From NCBI GenBank assembly GCA_043718025.1, contig JAYSWN010000169.1, positions 1 to 50,934 on the forward strand: a stretch of 50,934 nt of DNA. The letters are read 5' to 3'. The notes under the pieces are model-generated. The model ran no database searches, was not told the origin of the DNA, and worked only from the letters and a program-made list of their open reading frames with translations. Of this stretch, positions 9,772 to 19,248 are shown one piece after another. Made by a program: the position numbers and the translations under genes. How positions within the stretch are numbered: the first letter of the stretch is position 1; each line of letters opens with the position of its first letter. Source of the stretch: Pseudomonadota bacterium. GTDB lineage: Bacteria > Bdellovibrionota > FAC87 > UBA2466.

Positions 9772-10869
9772 ATGAAGCACCTAATCCTCGTTGCTCTGCT
9801 CTCAATCGCGACCCAAACCATTTTTGCCATGGGGGAGCGATCCCCTGAGCCAAAAAACGATTTACACGGATGTGAAATTGGAAAAGCTTGCGTGCGCGAG
9901 CTGCCCGGTATGGTCTGCGCCGACGGCACTCCGGCGTTCTACTCGGTTACCCTGCGCGACAAGGCCAAAAACCTGGCCATTTATGTGGATGGCGGCGGGG
10001 CCTGTTGGAGTTCAGAGTCGTGTGCGAATCCACTCTTCGTGCGTAATCTCACGCGCCCAATAAAATTCAGAGGCGACTGGACCAATGGCGAAGGTTTGTG
10101 GAATTCGCACGATGTGCGTAACCCCTTCGCTAGCCAATACAACATCGTCAGCATTCCCTACTGCACCGGCGATGCCCACATTGGATCGAGAACGGCCACC
10201 TACCAGATCAAGGGAAAAACGGTTTTGCTTCGCCATCATGGCTATACAAACCTACGGCTGGTCTTTGCCAAAATTAAAGAGCTGTTTCCTTCGCCAGAAA
10301 AAGCGGTGCTCATGGGAACCAGCGGAGGAGGGCTAGGCGTGGCTTTCCATATGCGCCACTTTGCCTCGCTTTTCCCCGACGCAAAAAAATATGTGCTCAA
10401 TGACGCCGGCCTGCCTTTTCTTCCCCAGTTCTTAACCGGCAATGGTTACGAATCGGCAATTCAATCTTGGGGCGCCGAAGACAATTTTCCGACCGCAATC
10501 GATCGGCGCATTAAAACATTTGGTGACGTTTTGGATTTCAACCGCGACGCTTTTCCCGAAATCAAATTCGGATACGTTCAGTCGTATGGTGATCTGGTGA
10601 TGATGATGTTCGCCTCGGCACTAGGGGCTAAGGTGCCGGGCAATGTCGTGCGCGACACCTCGGTTGAGGCCGCCAAAACTCACATTGGGGAAGCCACTCC
10701 CTTCCAGAAGGTTTTTTTCTTCGATAACCTTCAGCACGTCCACTTATTTTTTTCGATGGAAAAACAGATTTCTGAGAACGTTAGTTTGCGCGATTGGATT
10801 CGCGAAATGGTAACCGACGGCAGTCGCTGGGAAAATGTAATCCCCTATCCTGGCAACCGTAAAAAGTGA
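9772..10869 (+). CDS. Secreted pectinacetylesterase/Notum-family hydrolase
   Basis: Signal peptide MKHLILVALLSIATQTIFA; CADGTP, DGGGACW, IPYCTGD, HHGYTN, nucleophile GTSGGG, LNDAG. Confidence 0.85.
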   Translation: MKHLILVALLSIATQTIFAMGERSPEPKNDLHGCEIGKACVRELPGMVCADGTPAFYSVTLRDKAKNLAIYVDGGGACWSSESCANPLFVRNLTRPIKFRGDWTNGEGLWNSHDVRNPFASQYNIVSIPYCTGDAHIGSRTATYQIKGKTVLLRHHGYTNLRLVFAKIKELFPSPEKAVLMGTSGGGLGVAFHMRHFASLFPDAKKYVLNDAGLPFLPQFLTGNGYESAIQSWGAEDNFPTAIDRRIKTFGDVLDFNRDAFPEIKFGYVQSYGDLVMMMFASALGAKVPGNVVRDTSVEAAKTHIGEATPFQKVFFFDNLQHVHLFFSMEKQISENVSLRDWIREMVTDGSRWENVIPYPGNRKK

Positions 10870-11772
10870 TCAATAAAAAGGCGCGTTATTCAAGGTCTCA
10901 AAGATGGTGTCGGCAATAAACTGCTCACCCTTGCCGGAAAGATGAAAACAGTCGATAGCAAAGTTTTCCGGTATATAGGCAAATGGAATTTTGGGCTCGT
11001 TGTAATAATAGTTATTTCTTTGGCTAGTGGCATTCCACTCTCGAGCCGCCTCCCTCTGTTCACGCTGCAAGCCTTGCACCCGAGGAACCAAAAATTCTTC
11101 TAACTTCCCTTCCTGCATCTTTTTGTAATAAAAACCAGCGTAGGGGAAAAACTTTTGCCACGAATCTTCGCACCGGTAGGTTACGGGCGGGTTCTTAAAC
11201 CAAGTGTAGCCCTTTAGATTTTGGTAAACCTTGTAAACGTGGCCCACTGGAATCACGTGCATCGTTGATTCGTAGTGTTTTCGGTCCCAGGCGGCAAAAA
11301 ATTCGCTCAAATCTTTTCGATGTTTCTCGGCCAGCGCATCCGCATTCGCCACGGAAAGGTCGTCTAGATCATTGTGGCCGATAAAAACAAAGGCCATCGC
11401 CCGGCGGGTGGTACCAAACGGTAGCTCCGCCAGCTGTTTAGGCAGATCGCGAGTCAACGCACCGACTACTCCGTAGTTTCGGGCCTCCACGCTATATCCG
11501 TAGTGGGTCTGAATTTTGTCGGCTAATTTCGCCGGCCAAGCATTGTTGCGATACTCATAGGGCTCTTTAAATGAACTCTCGCCGGTAAAAATATACATCG
11601 CTAAATCTGAGAGGGTGGTGCTGATCTCTTTCAACGGCGGGGGATTGGTCAAGTTTCTCTCGTCACTTAAAAAGCCGGCGGTGAGTGAATCACCGTAGGC
11701 CTCAAGTGTCGTCGATCGCGCCTGCGCGACCGTTGCCTGACACAGGACGACAAAGAAAAAAAGTATCTTCAT
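10870..11772 (-). CDS. Secreted SGNH/GDSL hydrolase (lipase/esterase)
   Basis: Signal peptide; block I YGDSLTAG, block II NYGVVGA, block III IGHND, block V DCFHLS; GGGGAG RBS. Confidence 0.88.
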   Translation of the reverse strand: MKILFFFVVLCQATVAQARSTTLEAYGDSLTAGFLSDERNLTNPPPLKEISTTLSDLAMYIFTGESSFKEPYEYRNNAWPAKLADKIQTHYGYSVEARNYGVVGALTRDLPKQLAELPFGTTRRAMAFVFIGHNDLDDLSVANADALAEKHRKDLSEFFAAWDRKHYESTMHVIPVGHVYKVYQNLKGYTWFKNPPVTYRCEDSWQKFFPYAGFYYKKMQEGKLEEFLVPRVQGLQREQREAAREWNATSQRNNYYYNEPKIPFAYIPENFAIDCFHLSGKGEQFIADTIFETLNNAPFY

Positions 11773-11814
11773 TGCTCCCCCTCGCCTTTTGCGAATGCAA
11801 ATTAAGAATACCCA

Positions 11815-12654
11815 CTATTTTACCGATCGGCGAGCCCGCACCATAGCTTTCAAATAGGCGATGATGTCAGCGGCCATCTTTTCGCCCTCTCTACCTTGAG
11901 CGGGAAGTGCCGGCATCGTGGTTAGCGGACGCAACTCGGCGGGATTGATGATCCAGCGTTTTAGCCACGACTCTTTCCAATACTCCACCGGACTAAATGG
12001 CTGGATGAGATCTATGGATTTATTTCCGCCGTCCCCATTAATGGCGTGGCAGGTGAAGCAATTTTTTTGAAAGGCCACAAACCCTCTTTTTACCGGGGGA
12101 GGTGAGTTTTTAGCGGGAACGATCTTGGGAAAACGTTCTTCCGCATTCAAAAATGAGATGGCCTTTACTTGATAGGGCCAGCCTTTTGCCCCTTCGCCTT
12201 TTTGCGCTTCATCATTAAGGTTATTCCAGACCAGGTAAAAGGGAGCTAAAACCACCGTTTCATTTCCTTGCAAAGTGTTGGTCAAAGTGAAATCTATTTT
12301 ATCGGTTCGTTGAAAAACCAAAAACGCCTCACCTTTAGAAAAGCGCTCAGAGGGCACTACCGCTTGGTAGCCATCTACGCAGGTGAAAACTACGTCTTCT
12401 ATTTTCCGCCACTCTTTATTAGTAAGGGCGTCAAAGAGCGGGGCGGCACGAAAACCTACGTAAGTGACCTCTTTTTTTTCATGCGGCTCCCACACGGTAA
12501 TACTTTCAGCCCCGCGAATCGCTTTGAGCCCGTCCAACGTAAGGGTTTGAGTTTTGTCTTTTGGCCCATTGACCTGAATCTCGCTTTCCGCCAAGCCAAG
12601 TCCGCCCAAAAACAGTGCCGCCAAAGCCGCAAAGATCGCCACCGAAAGTCTCAT
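11815..12654 (-). CDS. Periplasmic monohaem c-type cytochrome with N-terminal molybdopterin-oxidoreductase-like domain
   Basis: Signal peptide; haem motif CFTCH with distal Met in TTMPAL. The N-terminal motifs YVGF...FTCVDGY...APFYLVW...WPYQV resemble that domain family (inferred). Confidence 0.75.
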   Translation of the reverse strand: MRLSVAIFAALAALFLGGLGLAESEIQVNGPKDKTQTLTLDGLKAIRGAESITVWEPHEKKEVTYVGFRAAPLFDALTNKEWRKIEDVVFTCVDGYQAVVPSERFSKGEAFLVFQRTDKIDFTLTNTLQGNETVVLAPFYLVWNNLNDEAQKGEGAKGWPYQVKAISFLNAEERFPKIVPAKNSPPPVKRGFVAFQKNCFTCHAINGDGGNKSIDLIQPFSPVEYWKESWLKRWIINPAELRPLTTMPALPAQGREGEKMAADIIAYLKAMVRARRSVK

Positions 12655-12745
12655 CTTACGCCCCTATCTCGTCATAAAGTTAAGCCGCATTGTACCCCGA
12701 TTAACGCTATGTTCTAACGATTTCTATTACTTACGCCGCACGGCC

Positions 12746-12774
12746 TTGCTGGAAACAGGGTAGTCCCTTAGACT
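12746..12774 (+). promoter_or_regulatory. Putative sigma70 promoter of the four-gene diiron operon
   Basis: TTGCTG-N17-TAGACT; GGGAG RBS before ATG 12801. Confidence 0.55.
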
Positions 12775-12800
12775 TAAGGGGTACCCCGGGAGACGACGCT

Positions 12801-13808
12801 ATGCGAACAGATCCCTTGAATGCGGCCGAATTGCGCCAGCAGGTGCAGTGGCAAAAAGAACGAACGTGGGACCTTGAACGAGACATTCCATGGAAGATAG
12901 GCGTCGACGCGTCTAAATTTTGTCTGCCCCTCGACGACAACAATATTGTTTTTCCGGGCGCAACGCTTGCCCAGAAAAAGGTGCTATCGCAGTACGTTGG
13001 GCTTTTGATCAACGCCACCATCGCCGAGATGGAAGGTGTGATCCACAAACTCAAAGACGCCGCCTGGAACCAGGTGCTGCGCCGAAATCCGGTGAATCCA
13101 GAAATGCAGGAGCTGGGCGAACTTTTTTTTCAGGAGGAGCAAAAGCACTCGCTGGCGTTCAACCGCTACAATCAGATCTTCTGTCAGCAATTTGGAATCG
13201 CCGAAGAGGACATGGATCGTCTAATGCCGAAGGCATTCGGCAGCTACTTTCAACGTGCGGTGATTTCCGATGCGAAAAAAGGTGGCGATGCCTTTTGGTG
13301 GGTGGTGGCTTCGGTCGAAGAGGTCTCAATCGAGATCTACCGTATGATTCATAAATTCGAGGCCGATCTAGATCCACTTTACTTCGCCATTCATCGCAAG
13401 CATCTCGAAGACGAATCACGTCACCGCAATTACGCTTTCTTGATGTTAGAGCTCATCGGCAACGGCCGACACGGCTGGCGAGGTTTTCTGCGCCGAAAAG
13501 GCTCCTTGCTACTGGCGCAGACTTTGTCCTCATCGTGGGTGCTCTCGGAGCTTTCAAAAATTTATGAAGTCGACAAGCTGAAGGACGCTCATCCTTTCTT
13601 CAAAGAGCTGGCAACTTGTCTCCCGTTGCTGCGCAAACAGCACTTGCCGAAGATTCTGTGGAATTTGGTGGTCCAAGCGCCCTACATCAGCACCGTTCTC
13701 AATCTTAATTTTCATCGTCACACCATGCTGGCGGCTAGCGAACACCACGTACCACATTTTCCTCTACCAACTCCCCGGCCGGGAATTCTCGTCGGAAAGG
13801 CACGATGA
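12801..13808 (+). CDS. Ferritin-like diiron enzyme, AurF-like oxygenase
   Basis: Two E...ExxH ligand sets: AEMEG...QEEQKH and SVEEVS...IHRKHLEDESRH. N-terminal WDLERDIPW is typical of this fold. Confidence 0.75.
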   Translation: MRTDPLNAAELRQQVQWQKERTWDLERDIPWKIGVDASKFCLPLDDNNIVFPGATLAQKKVLSQYVGLLINATIAEMEGVIHKLKDAAWNQVLRRNPVNPEMQELGELFFQEEQKHSLAFNRYNQIFCQQFGIAEEDMDRLMPKAFGSYFQRAVISDAKKGGDAFWWVVASVEEVSIEIYRMIHKFEADLDPLYFAIHRKHLEDESRHRNYAFLMLELIGNGRHGWRGFLRRKGSLLLAQTLSSSWVLSELSKIYEVDKLKDAHPFFKELATCLPLLRKQHLPKILWNLVVQAPYISTVLNLNFHRHTMLAASEHHVPHFPLPTPRPGILVGKAR

Positions 13809-14662
13809 GCGTCGCCAGTCTCTATAAAGATTTTGGTCACAGCGAGTTACAATGGAAAGAGTATGGCAATCCCAACGGAGATCTGCTCTTCTTCCTGCAC
13901 GGCTATCCGGATTCGCCCAGTACGTGGGACCGGCAGGTCGAATACTTTTCTAAAGAATATTTCTGCCTTACGCCGTTTAATCGCGGAGTTGGTGAAGCGG
14001 GAGCTAAAGCCAGCCACTCTTCGCACCGTCGTGATTCGCTGGTGATGGATCTTTTGGCATTGGCAAAAGATAAGAACCCCCAAGGAATTAGAAATGTCTT
14101 TTGCATCGGCCACGATCTGGGTGCTCCGCTTGCCGCCCGCTTCGCGCGGCTATTAGGAGAACAGCTTGCCGGGTTGATTTTAATCAACGGAATTTCACTT
14201 TCACAAATGCGAGGCCGTTTAAGTCAGCCCGCCCAGCTTTTGAAGTCTTGGTACATCTATCCGATTCTTTTACCCGGCCTGTCCGAAATGATGGTGCGCC
14301 TCGCTCCGCAATGGCTTCTACGTCACGCCGAGAAGTACGGTGGATTGCCGCACGAGCTCGCCGAAGAAGGGCTTCGCTCACCACAACAGCTACTAGCGCC
14401 GCTTAAACAGTACCGCGAATATTTTTGGGAAATGTGGGAGTCTTCGAATCCGGTGAGCGAGCGTATCGACCGCCCGCTTTTAATGCTGTTCGGCAATAAA
14501 GACCCTTTTCTCATGTGTCCGACGATGGACGAAGCTCGGGCTTTGGGTCATGATTCTCAGGTGCGGATTCTTCAGGGCAACCACTGGCTGCACCGAGAAA
14601 AGGCGGATGAAGTCAATCACTTCATCCACGGTTTCATAAAATCTTCACTGCCAAAAAAGTAA
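13805..14662 (+). CDS. Alpha/beta hydrolase, epoxide-hydrolase-like (Asp nucleophile)
   Basis: HGYPD oxyanion motif, GHDLGA nucleophile elbow, KSWYI, GNKDPFL, GNHWL; ATGA overlap with the upstream gene. Confidence 0.85.
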   Translation: MSVASLYKDFGHSELQWKEYGNPNGDLLFFLHGYPDSPSTWDRQVEYFSKEYFCLTPFNRGVGEAGAKASHSSHRRDSLVMDLLALAKDKNPQGIRNVFCIGHDLGAPLAARFARLLGEQLAGLILINGISLSQMRGRLSQPAQLLKSWYIYPILLPGLSEMMVRLAPQWLLRHAEKYGGLPHELAEEGLRSPQQLLAPLKQYREYFWEMWESSNPVSERIDRPLLMLFGNKDPFLMCPTMDEARALGHDSQVRILQGNHWLHREKADEVNHFIHGFIKSSLPKK

Positions 14663-14674
14663 GGACGAGAGTTC

Positions 14675-15517
14675 ATGACCAGCGCGTGGTTTCGAAAGCT
14701 TTCTAAAATCCCCTCATTGCCGTTGCTAAACCTCACCTCCCCGGCGGCTAATAAAGTTCCGCCGCGTGAGGATCTAGAGGGTTTCTTGGCTTGCCAGCGC
14801 CTGGCTCGCGAAGCGGTTCGGCACGTGGCTTCACTGCTAAAACCGGGGTGGACCGAAAAACATGCCGCCACGTTAGTAAACACGTACCTGAGCGATAGCG
14901 GGGTGAAGGGCTTTTTTCACCGCTCGTTCGCTTGGTTTGGAGAGCGCACGCGGTTCGACGGCATAGTAAACTACGCACAATATTCGCCCACCAACCGTAC
15001 CCTAGGCGAGAATGAAGTTTTTATTCTCGATGTGGCGCCAATTTACAAGAGCTACGCTTGCGACATCGGCTACACTTCTAGTCTGGGGCCAAACGAAGAG
15101 TGGAAACGGGCCGAACAGTTCTTGAAAAAAATTCGGCAGCAGATTCCCGAGATGGTAGACGGCGGCATGGCGGGCGACGAGCTATGGAAAGAGCTCGATG
15201 CCAAAATAAGACAGGCGGGTTACGACAACATTCACCAACAATACCCTTTCGCGGTCTTGGGTCACCGCTTACACCGCGAGAGCGAACTGCCGCTCCCCCT
15301 CTCCTACTTAAATTTTGGCTGGCAATCATTCTGGTCATTCACTTCGCGCGGGTTATTCGGACAGTTGCTTGGTCCTAACTTTCAGGGAGACATGACCGGT
15401 ATCTGGGCGGTAGAGCCGCACATCGGCGGCAAAGGATTCGGGGCAAAATTTGAGGAGATTCTCGTTGTGGAAAACGGCAAAGCCCGCTGGCTCGACGCGG
15501 AAGGAGTGCTTTCGTGA
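14675..15517 (+). CDS. M24 (pita-bread fold) metallopeptidase, stand-alone catalytic domain
   Basis: All five metal ligands present: LDVAP...CDIG, LGH, AVEPH, KFEE. No creatinase-type N-domain. Confidence 0.82.
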   Translation: MTSAWFRKLSKIPSLPLLNLTSPAANKVPPREDLEGFLACQRLAREAVRHVASLLKPGWTEKHAATLVNTYLSDSGVKGFFHRSFAWFGERTRFDGIVNYAQYSPTNRTLGENEVFILDVAPIYKSYACDIGYTSSLGPNEEWKRAEQFLKKIRQQIPEMVDGGMAGDELWKELDAKIRQAGYDNIHQQYPFAVLGHRLHRESELPLPLSYLNFGWQSFWSFTSRGLFGQLLGPNFQGDMTGIWAVEPHIGGKGFGAKFEEILVVENGKARWLDAEGVLS

Positions 15518-16347
15518 AAAAAGGTTTTTATTTCGACAAAGTGGTGGCGATTACCGGCGCCGCCAACGGCATTGGCCGCTGTTTGAGCCTGCGTCTAGCT
15601 AAAGAGGGCGCCATTCTTTGGGCACTCGATCGCGACGAAAAAGCCTTAGCCCAGCTTGCCGCCGACACAAAAAAATATAGTTTCACGCTGCATCCTGAAA
15701 AGCTTGACGTCACAGATAACGAAAGCGTTACCGCCTTAATGCAACGAATTCGCAAAGAGTCGGGCACGCTCGATATGTGGATCAATAATGCCGGAGCTCC
15801 GGGCCTCGGCAGCTTTCTCATGCAATCGCCGCAAGAGTTTTCAAAGATCGTCACGCTAAACATGGAAGTGGTGATTCACGCCAGCCGTGAGGCTTTAAAA
15901 ATAATGGAAAGTCAGGGGTCGGGAACCCTGGTTAACGTTGCCTCCATCGCCGGCCATTTAGCGGCGCCGTATATGGCGGCGTACTGCACCACGAAGCATG
16001 CGGTGGTGGGGTTCACTCGGTCGGTTCGCGAAGAGTTGCGACTGCAAGACTCACCGGTAAAAATGATTTTGGTCTCTCCTGGCTTTGTCGACACCGCCAT
16101 GATTTCGCGCGGTCAAAAGATGGGATTTCCAGACTGGCTTAAGTGGGCCCTCTCGACTCCGGAAAAGGTGGCCAATGAGATATTGACCGGCGTGCGCCGA
16201 GGAGAAGAGGAGATCTATCCCACGCAGAATGGAAAGTGGATGCTGCGGGCATTCCGCATCGCCCCTAAAACCACCATGCGCAGCTCGAAGTTACTGCTGA
16301 CCCGCAGCTTGAAAGACCTGGTATTGAATCGCTTTAAAGTGGGCTGA
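15514..16347 (+). CDS. Short-chain dehydrogenase/reductase
   Basis: TGAANGIG, INNAG, NVASIAG, YCTTK (YxxxK), SPGFVDT; GTGA overlap with the upstream gene. Confidence 0.93.
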   Translation: MKKGFYFDKVVAITGAANGIGRCLSLRLAKEGAILWALDRDEKALAQLAADTKKYSFTLHPEKLDVTDNESVTALMQRIRKESGTLDMWINNAGAPGLGSFLMQSPQEFSKIVTLNMEVVIHASREALKIMESQGSGTLVNVASIAGHLAAPYMAAYCTTKHAVVGFTRSVREELRLQDSPVKMILVSPGFVDTAMISRGQKMGFPDWLKWALSTPEKVANEILTGVRRGEEEIYPTQNGKWMLRAFRIAPKTTMRSSKLLLTRSLKDLVLNRFKVG

Positions 16348-16390
16348 TTTCCAACCGGTCGACCAAAGGATCAAAGTAAAGCGGAACAAT

Positions 16391-17677
16391 TTACGGAAAA
16401 AATCCGCGCCACAACATCGCGGCCGATAGATGCTCTACCGACACCGCAAAGGCGGCTTGCCGCATGGGTAATTGCTTGGCCTTGTGAAATTCGTAAACGC
16501 GGTTGAAAGCATTCGAGATAATCTCCCAAAGCTTGTTGTTTACGTCTTTTTCACTCCAGAAAAAGCTCTGCATGCCCTGAACCCACTCAAAGTAGGACAC
16601 GATCACACCGCCCGCATTGGCCAAGATGTCGGGAATGATAAAAACGCCCATGTCGTGCAAAATCTGGCTGGCTTCCATGGTGGTGGGGCCGTTAGCACCT
16701 TCGGCCAAAATCTTGCACTTTATCCGCGCCGCATTTTTTTCGGTAATCTGGTTACTCAAGGCCGCGGGAATTAAAATGTCGACCGGCAATTCCAAAAGCT
16801 CTTCGTTGGTGACGAATTCCCCTTTAGGAAAACCCTTCAGTGTCTGATTTTTCGCAATCCAATCACGGAGCTCGTTAATGTCGAGCCCCTTGTCGTTATA
16901 AACGCCGCCCGATACGTCACTTACCGCGCAAATCTTGGGGCCAAGGCTGCCAATAATTTTTGCCGAATGAAAACCGACGTTACCAAATCCTTGAACCGCC
17001 ACTTTGGTTTCGCCGTTTAATTCGTAGCCCAAACGCTTGGCGGCTTCCAAAATCGTATAAACAACGCCACGGCCCGTGGCATCCACTCTGCCCAGCGAAC
17101 CGCCAATTTCGATCGGCTTGCCGGTTACCACCCCCGGAACGGCGTAACCAACTTGCGAGCTGTACGTGTCCATCACCCACGCCATGGTTTGCGCATCGGT
17201 ACCAACATCGGGAGCCGGTATGTCTTTGTCGGGCCCAATAAACATGTGAATTTCAGAAGTGTAGCGGCGCGTTAAACTCTGCTTTTCCCGACGCGACAAT
17301 TGGGTGGGATCGCAACGGATGCCACCCTTGGCACCTCCAAGCGGAAGCCTGACTAGAGAATTTTTTAGCGTCATCAGGGTGGCAAGAGCCGCTGTCTCTC
17401 CGAGATTGACCTCGGGGTGGTAGCGGATTCCCCCTTTTCCGGGGCCCAGTGTCGTATTGTGATGCACTCGAAAGCCATCAAAAGTTTTAATGGTGCCGTC
17501 GTCCATTCGCACCGGAATAGACACGTAGAGACAGCGCCTCGGCTTAGCTAATCTATTGAAAACATTGGCGTCTAATTTAATTGCGTCGGCCGCCGACTCT
17601 AAAATGGAAAGCACGTTCCGGTATAAGGGGTGGTGATCAAGATCAACAAAAAGCTCATCCCCTTGGCCTGTAGACAT
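16391..17677 (-). CDS. gdhA: Glutamate dehydrogenase (Glu/Leu/Phe/Val dehydrogenase family)
   Basis: GPGKGGIRYHP, LPLGGAKGG, DIPAPDVGT, VVTGKP, QGFGNVG, EGANGPTT, ANAGGVIVSYFEWVQ; GGGAGG RBS. Confidence 0.93.
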   Translation of the reverse strand: MSTGQGDELFVDLDHHPLYRNVLSILESAADAIKLDANVFNRLAKPRRCLYVSIPVRMDDGTIKTFDGFRVHHNTTLGPGKGGIRYHPEVNLGETAALATLMTLKNSLVRLPLGGAKGGIRCDPTQLSRREKQSLTRRYTSEIHMFIGPDKDIPAPDVGTDAQTMAWVMDTYSSQVGYAVPGVVTGKPIEIGGSLGRVDATGRGVVYTILEAAKRLGYELNGETKVAVQGFGNVGFHSAKIIGSLGPKICAVSDVSGGVYNDKGLDINELRDWIAKNQTLKGFPKGEFVTNEELLELPVDILIPAALSNQITEKNAARIKCKILAEGANGPTTMEASQILHDMGVFIIPDILANAGGVIVSYFEWVQGMQSFFWSEKDVNNKLWEIISNAFNRVYEFHKAKQLPMRQAAFAVSVEHLSAAMLWRGFFP

Positions 17678-17706
17678 TGCGCGTCCTCCCGACGGTTACC
17701 CGAAGT

Positions 17707-17735
17707 GTTATCTCGTGCCCGACCGGGATGGTCAA
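17707..17735 (-). promoter_or_regulatory. Putative sigma70 promoter of gdhA
   Basis: TTGACC-N17-GATAAC. Confidence 0.45.
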
Positions 17736-17763
17736 AGGGAATATCCCCATAAGTGGTAAGGGG

Positions 17764-19248
17764 TTAGGCGTCTTTCTCGTGAATTTCTTTTCCATCGAAC
17801 GCCAGAATTTTTGCCTGCGAGTTGTAGCGGGTAAGAATATTTACCGGCCGGCGCCACATAGTATGAATGTTGCGGAGGGTTTCGACAGCTTTTTCATATT
17901 CGAGATCCATGCCTTCGTGTTGGTGCGTAAGCAAAAGTTCACCGCGATTTTCAAAGTTAGCGTCTTCGACTTTGATAATCGGATTTCCATGGTTGGTAAG
18001 CGCAAACAGCAGCTGGTTTTTAACCTTCTTCCAATCTCGATCCACAATTTCGTATTGGCCAGTTCGGCGATTAAAACCGTAAGTGAACAGTTTCTGTTGC
18101 GTGCAAAACTCTTCATTCATGAAACTATCGATAAAGGTGACATCGTTGTGCACCTTGCGAACTTCAAAAATCTTTTGGCGACCCAACCCTAATTTTTTAT
18201 CCCAATTCTTTTTCTCATTGATATCGTCGCAAGCTTCGTACTCAGGTCCGAACTTGCCTCGGTTCCAGCGGTCTTCGATGTCGCGGTAGAGCTCGATACC
18301 CAATTTATAGGGATTGATCTGACCGGGGCGCGATCCGAGCGTTCCACTGTGATGATCTGCGTAATCGATCACTTCAGAATCTCTAAGAATGTGGTTGGTC
18401 ATTAAAAATGAATGCCAATAGCTGGCCCAACCCTCATTCATAATCTTGGTCTGACCCTGCGGCGCAAAGTAATAAGCCTCTTCACGGATAATCGAAAGAA
18501 TATCGCGCTGCCAGTTTTCAAGTGGTGCGTAGTCGATCAGAAACTTGAGAATGTCTTTTTCGGGTTGCGGCGGAAACTTGCGAGCCTTTTCCGCATCGAC
18601 GCGGATTTTTTCTTCTTGTTCGTCAATATACGACTTGGGATTGAGGTACTTTTCCATGTACCCCTTGCTGGCAAAACGATGAATGCCGTCGCCGGGATCG
18701 GATACCGCGGCATTGGGGTCCACGCTTTTTTTCGATTGAACAAACTGGGAATAAAAATCGATAAGGTTGTCGATTGAGCAGCATACGTCGACAAAGTTCT
18801 CGACCACATCTACGCCAAAGCGGTCTTGGTAATAGCGAATTTTCGTGGCGTGGTTCGCCATTTCATCCAACATCTTGCGATTGGTTTTAGAAAACCAAAG
18901 ATTATTCTTAAAAAAATCGCCGTGACCGTACACGTGCGCCATCACCAGCTTTTGATCCACAATCTCGTTGCCGGTTTGCAAATAGGCGTAACAAGGATCG
19001 GTATTGATCACGAGCTCATAAATTTTTTGTAAGCCCCAGGTATACCCCTTGTTTAGGTAGTCGTACTCCATGCCAAAACGCCAATGCGGATAGCGGGTGG
19101 GGAAGCCACCCAAGGCGGCAATTTCGTTAATCTCGTCGTAATCCACCAGCTCGAAAACCACGTCAAAGGTGTCGAGTCCGTAGCCCTTGGCGAGCTCTTT
19201 CACATACTTGTGGGCCTGCAGAAGTTCGGGAGTTAAGACCTGCCTCAT
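17764..19248 (-). CDS. spoVR: SpoVR/YcgB family protein
   Basis: [63 protein letters not shown]. Confidence 0.93.
   Translation of the reverse strand: MRQVLTPELLQAHKYVKELAKGYGLDTFDVVFELVDYDEINEIAALGGFPTRYPHWRFGMEYDYLNKGYTWGLQKIYELVINTDPCYAYLQTGNEIVDQKLVMAHVYGHGDFFKNNLWFSKTNRKMLDEMANHATKIRYYQDRFGVDVVENFVDVCCSIDNLIDFYSQFVQSKKSVDPNAAVSDPGDGIHRFASKGYMEKYLNPKSYIDEQEEKIRVDAEKARKFPPQPEKDILKFLIDYAPLENWQRDILSIIREEAYYFAPQGQTKIMNEGWASYWHSFLMTNHILRDSEVIDYADHHSGTLGSRPGQINPYKLGIELYRDIEDRWNRGKFGPEYEACDDINEKKNWDKKLGLGRQKIFEVRKVHNDVTFIDSFMNEEFCTQQKLFTYGFNRRTGQYEIVDRDWKKVKNQLLFALTNHGNPIIKVEDANFENRGELLLTHQHEGMDLEYEKAVETLRNIHTMWRRPVNILTRYNSQAKILAFDGKEIHEKDA

Noticed and set aside
11796..11814. TGGG...TTTGCA upstream of the SGNH gene as a sigma54 promoter
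   Set aside because: GG-to-GC spacing is 12-13 nt rather than the required 10.
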